A stretch of DNA of 64,000 nt. Source: an uncultured Clostridium sp. (GTDB lineage: Bacteria > Bacillota > Clostridia > TANB77 > CAG-508). Where the stretch lies: positions 3,392 to 67,391 of the forward strand of contig USAE01000001.1 of assembly GCA_900552655.1 (NCBI GenBank), in the 5' to 3' direction. This document shows positions 10,679 through 19,078 of the stretch, one piece after another. How positions within the stretch are numbered: the first letter of the stretch is position 1; every line of letters begins with the position of its first letter. The notes beneath the pieces were generated by a model. It worked only from the letters and a program-made list of their open reading frames with translations. It was not told the origin of the DNA and made no database searches. The translations under genes were made by a program, and so were the position numbers.

Positions 10679-11666
10679 TTATGCAAACTTTCTTTGTAAT
10701 TTTTTTCGTACAAATTTTATTCTTCCTAATTTCTCGTATATTTTTAGTGTTTTTTCATTTACGCTTTTCATATATTTATTTTTCAAACCTTTTTCTTTTA
10801 AATACTCATTTTCTTTCCATTCTGGAAATGTTGTATTTAGTTTTTCCCAAGCACAACTTATAGCTTTGTTTCTCTCTTCTTTATTTTCTATCATTATCAT
10901 TCTAAGCATAGAACTACATAGTAAATACCTTGCGTAATTGTATTCTAACTCTTTTTTATATCTTTCGTATATGTTGTTTTCTTTGTAAAATTCTAGTACA
11001 TTATCTAACACATCTATTATTTCGGTTGTCTTAACTGTTTGTGTGTTAGAAATAGAATTATCACGTTGTACATAGTGTATAAATGGTTTCTTTACTATTG
11101 ATATAGTATTTATATATGGTACTAATTTATAAAAGAATTCTACATCTTCATATCTTAAGCCTACTGGAAATTTAATTTTTGTTTTTTCTAATAATTCTCT
11201 TTTTATTAGTTTATTCCATGCTACTACTCTTGCATTTAATATCATATCTTTTCTATCTTTATATGCTCTTCCCTTACTTTCTATTGTTTCTTCTGGATAT
11301 TCCCATAAGTAGTCACATTCTACAACATCTGCTTTATCTATTTTAGCAGTTTCGTACATTTCTTCGTACATTTCTTCTTCTACATAATCATCAGAGTCTA
11401 AAAATGCAATATATTCCCCTGTTGCATATGGCAATGCATAATTTCTTGCGTCAGATAATCCTCCATTTTCTTTTTCTAAATATACTATTTTAGTTGGATA
11501 TTTTCTTCTATACTCTTTTGCTATTTCTTCTGACCCGTCTTTACTTCCGATCATTTACTAAAATTATTTCTATTTCTTCTAATGATTGTTCTAATAATGA
11601 TTTTATTGATCTTTCTATATATTCTTCCACATTGTAAAATGGAACTATAACGCTAACTTTTTTCAT
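10679..11666 (-). pseudogene. Glycosyltransferase family 2 disrupted by a +1 frameshift near 11549.
   Basis: An upstream short frame gives MKKVSVIVPFYNVEEYIERSIKSLLEQSLEEIEIILVNDRK*. ORF 10679..11554 then continues as (M)IGSKDGSEEIAKEY...AFLDSDDYV. Removing the C in AATGAT[C]GGAAGT restores ILVNDGSKDGSEEIA, the classic GT2 motif. Confidence 0.75.
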
Positions 11667-11795
11667 TTTTATAATTCATTCCTTTCACTTCGATAAAGGG
11701 ATAGCATAGTATAAAGCAATCTTTTGTACAAAATTGGTATAATTAACTTATACTTTTAATTTATAGTTACTTTGTCTAGCTATTTTTAATATTTT

Positions 11796-12743
11796 CTATT
11801 TCATCTGTAAATACCATTTAATATTTATACATAACAAAATTCTTTTTATTAATTGTTTTAAATTTCTTATCCTTATATTTTTTACCATTTTTCTTTGTTG
11901 TATTTCTTTAATAAATTCTTCTTGTTCTTTTTCGTGTAATTCCTTTGTTTTTAATATTATTGCATTAGTATAATAAATTCTTAAGTTCTGTTTTGTTCTT
12001 TTATTAAGATTAAATTCATTAGTTAATTTAATAGCATTGTCATAATGTTTTAAAGCATCATATGCTTTTTTTATAGTCTTATTATAGTCTTCATTTCTTG
12101 TTATACTATTATCACTTTGAACATAATAGTAACCATAAAAATTTATAGAAGCCATTGTTTTAGCAAATACAATAATAAAAGGAATTAATCCAAAATCTTC
12201 ATGTTCTGTTCCAACTGCAAATTTCAAATTATTTCTTACAAATATATCTTTTTTTATTAAATACACACAAGGAGAATCTAATAATACATCTGTTGAATAT
12301 AAGTCATTAAAGCCTTCTTCTCCTGTTTTTGTTTCGAATGTTGCACCTGGTACTATTTCTAAAGTTTTTCCAGAATCATCCACTCTTTGTAATTTAAATT
12401 TTATTAGTTCTACTTCATTATTAATATAATTTTCCAAGTTTTTAAATAATGCTTTATCAATATAATCATCTGAATCTAAAAACATTATATAATCACCTGT
12501 AGCTTTTTCTATTCCAAAATTCCTAGTATCAGCAACGCCAGTATTATCTTTTTTATAATAACTAATTAAATCTGGGTGCTTATCTTTATATTCTTTAATA
12601 ATAATTTCAGAATTGTCCTTACTTCCATCATTAATAATTACCAACTCTACGTTTGGATAATTTTGTTCTATTACCGAATCAAAACATCTTTTTAAATATT
12701 TTTCCGTATTATATACTGGAATAATAACACTAATTTTTTTCAT
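11796..12743 (-). CDS. Glycosyltransferase family 2.
   Basis: MKKISVIIPVYNTEKYLKRCFDSVIEQNYPNVELVIINDGSKDNS...MFLDSDDYI. Confidence 0.85.
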   Translation of the reverse strand: MKKISVIIPVYNTEKYLKRCFDSVIEQNYPNVELVIINDGSKDNSEIIIKEYKDKHPDLISYYKKDNTGVADTRNFGIEKATGDYIMFLDSDDYIDKALFKNLENYINNEVELIKFKLQRVDDSGKTLEIVPGATFETKTGEEGFNDLYSTDVLLDSPCVYLIKKDIFVRNNLKFAVGTEHEDFGLIPFIIVFAKTMASINFYGYYYVQSDNSITRNEDYNKTIKKAYDALKHYDNAIKLTNEFNLNKRTKQNLRIYYTNAIILKTKELHEKEQEEFIKEIQQRKMVKNIRIRNLKQLIKRILLCINIKWYLQMK

Positions 12744-12765
12744 TTATTCTCCATTTCTATAAAAT

Positions 12766-12796
12766 CGGGATTCGGGGACGGTCCTTAAAATCCCGG
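12766..12796. repeat. GC-rich palindromic REP-like element, copy A (reverse orientation). It sits inside the glycan operon between two co-directional GT genes.
   Basis: CGGGATT-CGGGGACGGTCCTTA-AAATCCCGG, a 7-bp outer stem, followed by T7 on the plus strand. It is related to the copies at 19039, 55402 and 58399, and to the degenerate copy at 48918. Confidence 0.7.
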
Positions 12797-12860
12797 TTGC
12801 TTTTTTTGCTTCTAATATATTTTTTAAGAGCCCATAACGCTTCTTGTTTAAAGTGAACTT

Positions 12861-13958
12861 TTAATAACGTCCCCAAAGTTCATTTAACTTTTCATATATT
12901 TTGTTATTATATTCTTCTGCATCAAATTTTTTGGTTATTTCGTAGCCTTTTTCTATGTATTGTTTCATGGCTTTATAAATTTCGTTTTCATCTTTTTCTA
13001 CAACTATTCCATGTCCTTCTATCTGCTCAGAATCTGAAACATTTGTAGTTATAATCGGCTTTTGCATTACAAAAGATTCTAAATATACTACTGGATAACC
13101 TTCATAATCTGAAGATAAGACTACACAATCTGCTAATTTAAAATATGGATATGGATTTTTCTTTCTTCCTAAGAAAATAATTTCTTTTTCTAATCCTTTT
13201 TCTTTTACTTGTTTTCTGTAAAGCTCTGTATCTGGTCCATCGCCTATAAATATTATCCTAAATTTTTTATTATCTTTTTTTAGTTTTTCTGCTGAATAAA
13301 TTACTCTTGTTAACTTCTTTTGTTTTTCATCATGTCTTCCCACATTTAAAAATGTAACCACATTTTCTTTTTTTAAATCATTTATAGGTTCTTCAGCTTT
13401 ATTTAATATTCGTTTATAATTTATTAAATTATTACATACATAAACTCTATCTTTTAATTTTGGAAAAGCTTTTATAAAACTCTCTTTTCCTTCGTTTGAA
13501 ACAAATACAATATTTTTAAATTTTGATATTTTCCTTTTATAAAAAAAATCTTTCATTTCTTCTATATTATTATTGTATAAAGATAGATAATCAGCATGTC
13601 CCCATATAGCATTATTCTTCGAGCATGTTCTTGCTATAAAGCTTGATGGTATGGAATATGTCGCAAAACTTGCTGAAAAATCAAATTTATTTTTGTATTT
13701 TTTTATAAATTTATATCTTTTTACTAAATTACTTATTTTTCGTTTAATTACATTCTTTTCATTTGATGGTGCATATTCTATTATATTTATATTTGGAGAA
13801 ATTTTATCTAAAAAAACTCCCTCTTTTTTTTCTAAAGCAATTGTTATTTCATAACCTTTTTCTAGCAAAAAATTTGTAAGAGTTACAAGCGATGTTTCTA
13901 TTCCACCTAGGTCTAAATTATATGCTGCAAATAATATTTTTTTCATACAAGATTTCAT
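12861..13958 (-). CDS. Glycosyltransferase family 4.
   Basis: MKSCMKKILFAAYNLDLGGIETSLVTLTNFLLEKGYEI...GRHDEKQKKLTRVI...IFIGDGPD...KNPYPYFKLADCVVLSSDYEGYPVVYLESF. Confidence 0.85.
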   Translation of the reverse strand: MKSCMKKILFAAYNLDLGGIETSLVTLTNFLLEKGYEITIALEKKEGVFLDKISPNINIIEYAPSNEKNVIKRKISNLVKRYKFIKKYKNKFDFSASFATYSIPSSFIARTCSKNNAIWGHADYLSLYNNNIEEMKDFFYKRKISKFKNIVFVSNEGKESFIKAFPKLKDRVYVCNNLINYKRILNKAEEPINDLKKENVVTFLNVGRHDEKQKKLTRVIYSAEKLKKDNKKFRIIFIGDGPDTELYRKQVKEKGLEKEIIFLGRKKNPYPYFKLADCVVLSSDYEGYPVVYLESFVMQKPIITTNVSDSEQIEGHGIVVEKDENEIYKAMKQYIEKGYEITKKFDAEEYNNKIYEKLNELWGRY

Positions 13959-14149
13959 TCCTTTCCCTCTTTACTCGCAAGGGTACACATAGTTATGGAA
14001 TTTTTATTTTTTCATACTATTTTCTCCTTATTTCTGCTAGTTTTTTCTTATGTCATTGTATATTAAAACTGCTGATGTGTCAATTAATTTAAGACTTAAA
14101 CAAATATATAATTCTTCTAGTTAATATATTTTAAAATAGCAAAATTAAA

Positions 14150-14172
14150 GCTTAAGGATTCTTTCCTTAAGC
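14150..14172 (-). terminator. Intrinsic terminator downstream of the Alg14/Alg13-like gene pair.
   Basis: GCTTAAGG-attcttt-CCTTAAGC, a perfect 8-bp stem, followed on the minus strand by TTTAATTTTGCTATTTT. Confidence 0.55.
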
Positions 14173-14209
14173 GTTATATTTTTTGTTATATACTAATTTT
14201 ATATCATCT

Positions 14210-14689
14210 TTAATTGTTATCTATAAAGTCTTCAATTAAATTTATCATATGTTCTGTTTTACTTTCAAATTTTTTAGGTTTAAATTCTTTTGATCTTTTT
14301 AAGGCTTCTTCTAAATCTTTTAGTTCGGTTATACCTATTAAAAATTCTTGACTATTAAAAGAATCTATTATTTGAATTTGGTGATCATTTATGTGCTCTC
14401 CAAATTCACTTAAACGTGGTACTGCAATAACTTTTTTCCCCATTTTTAGGGCCATAACTATAGAACCAACCCCACCATGTGTTATTACTAAGTCTGACTT
14501 TTTCATTAGTTCCGCAAGCTTTTCTTCTGGCATTAAACTATATATTTCCATATCTTTTGACTCATACTTAGTTCTACCTGCTTGAACAATAACTTTCTCT
14601 GTTATTACATTTTTATTTATTAATTTTTGCACTTCTTCTAGTAATCTGTGAAAACTGTTATCTTGTGTTCCTAATAATATTAGAATCAA
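14210..14689 (-). CDS. Alg13-like / Glyco_tran_28_C UDP-sugar glycosyltransferase C-terminal subunit (EpsF/Cps14G-like).
   Basis: ILILLGTQDNSFHRLLEEV...ITHGGVGSIVMALKMGKKVIAVPR. The track ORF 14210..14743 runs through the upstream gene. The likely real start is TTG at 14689, 9 nt after AGGAGG, overlapping the upstream stop by 4 nt. Confidence 0.7.
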   Translation of the reverse strand: MILILLGTQDNSFHRLLEEVQKLINKNVITEKVIVQAGRTKYESKDMEIYSLMPEEKLAELMKKSDLVITHGGVGSIVMALKMGKKVIAVPRLSEFGEHINDHQIQIIDSFNSQEFLIGITELKDLEEALKRSKEFKPKKFESKTEHMINLIEDFIDNN

Positions 14690-15159
14690 TATATTGAACC
14701 TCCTAATTTTGCTTTTGGGTATAATTTTAACATTTCTTCCCATTGCACTATAAATAAATCTGCAAATTTATAAACTAATTTTCCAGTTGATGTTTTAGAA
14801 TTTCTATTTGCAAATGTTTCTATATATATAATTTTACTTCCAAATATTTTGCCTAATAGGCACATTGGACCTGCATTATGTGTTCCAGTTGTTACTATGT
14901 ATTTAGGTCTAATTTTTATAAAATAAATTACTGTTAATATACAATTCCATAAAAATTTAAATGGGTACACAAGTGGATGTGTTCTTGTAGCATATAGCAT
15001 ATACGAAATCTTTTTTCCATATTCTTTTTTAAAACCTTCTGTAAATTTGTCTTTTTCGGTAATTATATGATAGTCATATTTTTTAAACATTGGCTTTAAC
15101 TGCATAAGTTCATTAAAATGTCCACCTGTGCTAGATATAAATAGTACTCTCTTTTTCAT
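14686..15159 (-). CDS. Alg14-like oligosaccharide biosynthesis protein (EpsE/Cps14F-like membrane-anchoring subunit).
   Basis: MKKRVLFISSTGGHFNELMQL...IVTTGTHNAGPMCLLGKIFGSKIIYIETFANRN. This is the Alg14 family signature. It is paired with the Alg13-like gene. Confidence 0.75.
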   Translation of the reverse strand: MKKRVLFISSTGGHFNELMQLKPMFKKYDYHIITEKDKFTEGFKKEYGKKISYMLYATRTHPLVYPFKFLWNCILTVIYFIKIRPKYIVTTGTHNAGPMCLLGKIFGSKIIYIETFANRNSKTSTGKLVYKFADLFIVQWEEMLKLYPKAKLGGSIY

Positions 15160-15258
15160 CTTGTCTTCTACTTTCTTTAAATTATACTTTACTCTTTGGT
15201 TTTATATTCATAGTATTTGCTTTAATATCTTCTATTTGATATTCCTTTAACCTATGTT

Positions 15259-17121
15259 TTATTCTTTTGTCTTATCTTTTTGAAGTTCTACATATCTTTT
15301 TATTTTCATTGTTGTTGTTTTAGCAAATTCGTCATGTTTTAATTCTAGATTTTTTATTGCTTTATATGATGTTAAACTTTTATTTACTTCTTTTATTTTG
15401 TTCCAAATTATTTTGTGTATTTCTTCTTCTTTTAAGTCTTTTCCATGTAATCTTTCTATTTCTTCTTTGTTTGGTATTACTTTTACAGAAATTATTAGTT
15501 CTTTTTCGCCCTCTACTTCTTTACCATATACCATACATTCTGCAATTTCTGGTATCTTTGATAATAAAAGTTCTATTTCTTCTGGGTAAATATTTTTTCC
15601 ATTTTGTGTTACTATAACATTTTTACTTCTTCCTGTAACATATACATATCCATCTTTATCTTGATATCCAATATCTCCAGAATTAAACCAGCCATCATAT
15701 ACTACTTCTTTTGTTGCTTCTTCATCTTCGTAATAACCAAGCATTAATGTTTTACTTTTTATCCAAATTTCTCCTTCACCATTTTCATTTGGATTATGTA
15801 TTTTTATTTGAGCACAATTTACTGGAATACCTACAGATCCTACTCTTGGATCACATTCTGGTGTAAGCGCTGCAATAGGTGCTGTTTCTGTTAAGCCATA
15901 TCCTTGCAGAAATTCTATTCCTATATCTTGAACCCATCTTCCTATTTTTTTATCTATTGGCGCTGCAGCAGAAACTATTATTCTCATATTCCCACCTAAA
16001 TTGTCATATATTTCTTTAAATACTTTTCTTTTTATATCTATTCCTACACCTTTTAATGCATTTGTTACATGTATCATAGAATTTACAAGACCTGCTTTTC
16101 CGCTTTTTTCTATAGTTTGGTTAATTTTTTTGTATAAGTTTTCTACTAGTAATGGAACAGCAAGCATTGCAGTTGGCTTTGCTTCTTGCATATCTGGAAC
16201 AATATATCTTAATCCTCCACAAACAGTAACTGAAGAACCATTTGCAAATGGTAGTAATGCTCCAATTGAAGATTCATATGTATGATGAAGTGGTAATACA
16301 GAAAAAAATCTATCGCTTTCATATATTTTTACATATTTTGAAACTGCATTTACATTTTCTGCTAAGTTTCTATGGCATAGCATAACTCCTTTTGCTTGTG
16401 AGGTAGTTCCAGAAGTAAATATTAAAAATTTAAATTCCTCTGGGTCTATTTCTATATCCATATATTCTGTATTTCCTGAGTCTGTTATTTTTTTACCTTC
16501 TTCTATTACTTTTTCTATTCCTATATCTCTGCCTTGTAAATTTGCATCACTATTCATCTCAATAAAATATTTAACCATTGGAAGATTATCTTTTATTTTA
16601 TCTATTGCATCTTTTTTCTTTTTAGAAAAGATTACAGCAGATGCATGTGAACGTTTTATTACATTTTCTATTTCATTATTTGGTAATTCTTTATCTACTG
16701 GAACAGCAATTCCAGCACCACATAAAATAGAAAAATAAGATACATACCAATAATATGTATTTTCACCTATTATTATAATTCTTTCGCCTTTTAGATTTAA
16801 ATGTTTTATAAGACCTGTTCCTAAATTAATAACATCATTACCAAATCTTTCATAAGTAAATTCTTCAAATTTAGCTTTGTGGTCATGTTCTGGTCTTTCT
16901 AAAATATAAATGTTATTTTTATATTTTTCTATAGATCTTTTGAAAATCTCTTTTACATCTGTGTAATGAGTTTCTTCGTAAAACTTATTTTTAAACTTTT
17001 TATCTTTCATTTTTTCTATTTGATCATAATTAATTTGCATTTCTTCGATGTCTTCCATACCTTCCATTTTCATTTTAGGAAATTTAAAATCTGGCATTTT
17101 AAAATCTCTTAATATTCTCAT
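15259..17121 (-). CDS. AMP-forming acyl-CoA synthetase / long-chain fatty-acid--CoA ligase (FadD-like).
   Basis: 620 aa. AMP-binding motifs FTSGTTSQAKGVMLCHRNL, YGLTETAP and GWFNSGDIGYQDKDGYVYVTGRSKN. Confidence 0.85.
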   Translation of the reverse strand: MRILRDFKMPDFKFPKMKMEGMEDIEEMQINYDQIEKMKDKKFKNKFYEETHYTDVKEIFKRSIEKYKNNIYILERPEHDHKAKFEEFTYERFGNDVINLGTGLIKHLNLKGERIIIIGENTYYWYVSYFSILCGAGIAVPVDKELPNNEIENVIKRSHASAVIFSKKKKDAIDKIKDNLPMVKYFIEMNSDANLQGRDIGIEKVIEEGKKITDSGNTEYMDIEIDPEEFKFLIFTSGTTSQAKGVMLCHRNLAENVNAVSKYVKIYESDRFFSVLPLHHTYESSIGALLPFANGSSVTVCGGLRYIVPDMQEAKPTAMLAVPLLVENLYKKINQTIEKSGKAGLVNSMIHVTNALKGVGIDIKRKVFKEIYDNLGGNMRIIVSAAAPIDKKIGRWVQDIGIEFLQGYGLTETAPIAALTPECDPRVGSVGIPVNCAQIKIHNPNENGEGEIWIKSKTLMLGYYEDEEATKEVVYDGWFNSGDIGYQDKDGYVYVTGRSKNVIVTQNGKNIYPEEIELLLSKIPEIAECMVYGKEVEGEKELIISVKVIPNKEEIERLHGKDLKEEEIHKIIWNKIKEVNKSLTSYKAIKNLELKHDEFAKTTTMKIKRYVELQKDKTKE

Positions 17122-17192
17122 AATTATCTCACTCCTATACTTTTACTATTATGTCACAATAATTAAATTTTGTAAATAATTTTTCCCGTTTC

Positions 17193-17208
17193 TGTACTAC
17201 CCAGTACA
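17193..17208. promoter_or_regulatory. Palindromic candidate operator in the divergent fadD-like / thioesterase intergenic region.
   Basis: TGTACTacccAGTACA, a 6-bp inverted repeat with a 4-nt spacer. It is GTAC-cored like the FapR-type boxes of Firmicute lipid regulons. It lies about 70 nt upstream of the thioesterase ATG. Confidence 0.3.
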
Positions 17209-17276
17209 ATTGTAATTTTATTTTTTATATGATAAAATCAATTATAAATTTTACTAAACTATAAGGAGGCTTTAAA

Positions 17277-18005
17277 ATGGCTTTTTTCGAACATGATTTC
17301 GAAATTGGATTACGAGATATAGAAAATCCTAATTTTTTGAGTAATAAATCTATATTAGCTTTTTTAGAAAATATCGGTTCTTATCATTCAGATAGCATTA
17401 ACTTTGGTCTTAATAACATACCTTTAACACACTCATCTTGGGTATTACTTGGTTGGAAAGTACAAGTATTAAAAAGGCCTGTTTATGGTGATAAATTGCA
17501 CATTATAACATGGGCAAAAAATCCGGAAAAGTTTTCTACTTATCGTGATTTTGAAGTATATAATAGTACTAATGAACTAGTTATAATTGCAACTTCTAAA
17601 TGGGTTTTAATTGATACAACTACTGGCAAATTAAAACCGATTCCCGAAGAAATACTTAATTTATACCACCCAGATACAAAAAATGTATTTTCTGAAGAAG
17701 AATCTTTACTAAAGAAATTGAATGTTTCTGAAAATTATATTTCTTCCTGTACATATACTGTTAGTCGCTCTCAAATTGATTTAAACAACCATATGCATAA
17801 CTTATATTACTTAGATATGGCTTATGAAGTATTACCAGCAGATGTTTATAACAATATGTTTAATTATTTTGAAATATCTTATAAAAAGCAAATTCGACTT
17901 CACGAACAAGTAAAATGTTACTATACTTTTGAAGAAAATACTCATAAAGTAATTATAAAAAGTCTAAATGACAAAATAACCCATGCAATTATTTTCTTAA
18001 GGTAA
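17277..18005 (+). CDS. Acyl-[acyl-carrier-protein] thioesterase (FatA/B-like hotdog).
   Basis: The RBS is TAAGGAGG. The protein is MAFFEHDFEIGLRDIE...SSWVLLGWKVQVLKRP...WVLIDTTTGKLKPIPEE, typical of the acyl-ACP thioesterase family. Confidence 0.8.
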   Translation: MAFFEHDFEIGLRDIENPNFLSNKSILAFLENIGSYHSDSINFGLNNIPLTHSSWVLLGWKVQVLKRPVYGDKLHIITWAKNPEKFSTYRDFEVYNSTNELVIIATSKWVLIDTTTGKLKPIPEEILNLYHPDTKNVFSEEESLLKKLNVSENYISSCTYTVSRSQIDLNNHMHNLYYLDMAYEVLPADVYNNMFNYFEISYKKQIRLHEQVKCYYTFEENTHKVIIKSLNDKITHAIIFLR

Positions 18006-18071
18006 CTAAAAAACTCACCTAAGATTTTTTAACAATTATAAATTCTAAAACATCTTATAAGCATATAGTGC

Positions 18072-18117
18072 AAAAACGAATACCAATTTTTTATAAAAAT
18101 TTGGTATTCGTTTTTTT
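18072..18117. terminator. Bidirectional intrinsic terminator between the convergent thioesterase and deacetylase genes.
   Basis: AAAAACGAATACCAA-tttttt ataaaaat-TTGGTATTCGTTTTTTTATT, a 14-bp perfect stem flanked by A and T runs on both sides. Confidence 0.75.
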
Positions 18118-18979
18118 ATTCTAATAAATCATAAATATTTTCGAAAACATAACCTTTTTCTTTTAACATTTGTATCAATCGTGGTAAAAGTTCAGATGTT
18201 CCTTTTTTTATACCTGTGTCATGCATTAAAATTACTACACTGTTCTTATTTCCTATTGTTTTTTCTACATACTTTAACATTTCATCTACATTTTCTAAGC
18301 CCGCTGCATCTGCTGTTAGCGCATTCCAGTCTAAATGTGCCACATTATTTTGGTTTAGCAAATTAACAGCATCTTTTTTTGTGTTTGCATATTTTCCTCC
18401 CGATGTTCCCCCCGGAAATCTAAATAGTCTAGAATTATAATTTTGATTTCCTATTGCATTTTTTATAGCAATTTCTGTTCTATTATACTCATCTAAAACA
18501 TTTTGAGGTGATGCATATATATTAGCATACACATGTGTAAAACTATGATTAGCTATATAATGTCCTTCTTGATATGCTCTTTTTACTATTTCTGGATATC
18601 TTTCAGCATTACTTCCCAAAACAAAAAATGTCGCTTTTACGTTATTTTCTTTTAATATATCTAAAATTGGAATTGTAACAGACTTAGATGGTCCATCATC
18701 AAATGTTAAAAATACTCTTTTATAGTTTGAGTTATATATATTTGCTACTCTATTAACTATTTCATTCTTTTTTACTTCATCTGAATAAAATAATTTGTGC
18801 TCTGGTACACTTTTTTGAGATATTTTTTGTTCGATTATACTTAATTTATTATAATAATTACGTATACCAAAAAATGAAGATACAGCTACAATTGCTATTA
18901 TTAATAAGATAGAAATTGTAATTAATATTACTTTTTTTTTATTTAATCTTGGTTTAATTTCTATTAAATCTAATGTCAT
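18116..18979 (-). CDS. Polysaccharide deacetylase (NodB/PdaA family) with an N-terminal transmembrane anchor.
   Basis: NodB motifs ...RVFLTFDDGPS... and ...ILMHD..., with an N-terminal hydrophobic segment LITISILLIIAIVAVSSFFGI. Confidence 0.8.
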   Translation of the reverse strand: MTLDLIEIKPRLNKKKVILITISILLIIAIVAVSSFFGIRNYYNKLSIIEQKISQKSVPEHKLFYSDEVKKNEIVNRVANIYNSNYKRVFLTFDDGPSKSVTIPILDILKENNVKATFFVLGSNAERYPEIVKRAYQEGHYIANHSFTHVYANIYASPQNVLDEYNRTEIAIKNAIGNQNYNSRLFRFPGGTSGGKYANTKKDAVNLLNQNNVAHLDWNALTADAAGLENVDEMLKYVEKTIGNKNSVVILMHDTGIKKGTSELLPRLIQMLKEKGYVFENIYDLLE

Positions 18980-19038
18980 CTTTGCTCACCTAATAATTGT
19001 ATTTAACACATTATATATTAATTTTTTCAAAAATTCAA

Positions 19039-19070
19039 CCGGGATTTTAAGGGCTGTCCCAAAATCCCGG
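19039..19070. repeat. GC-rich palindromic REP-like element, copy B (forward orientation). It sits immediately 3' of the ATPase gene.
   Basis: CCGGGATTTT-AAGGGCTGTCCC-AAAATCCCGG, a 10-bp outer stem. On the minus strand it is followed by TTGAATTTTTG, so it probably acts as the ATPase terminator. Confidence 0.7.
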
Positions 19071-19078
19071 CTACTATG

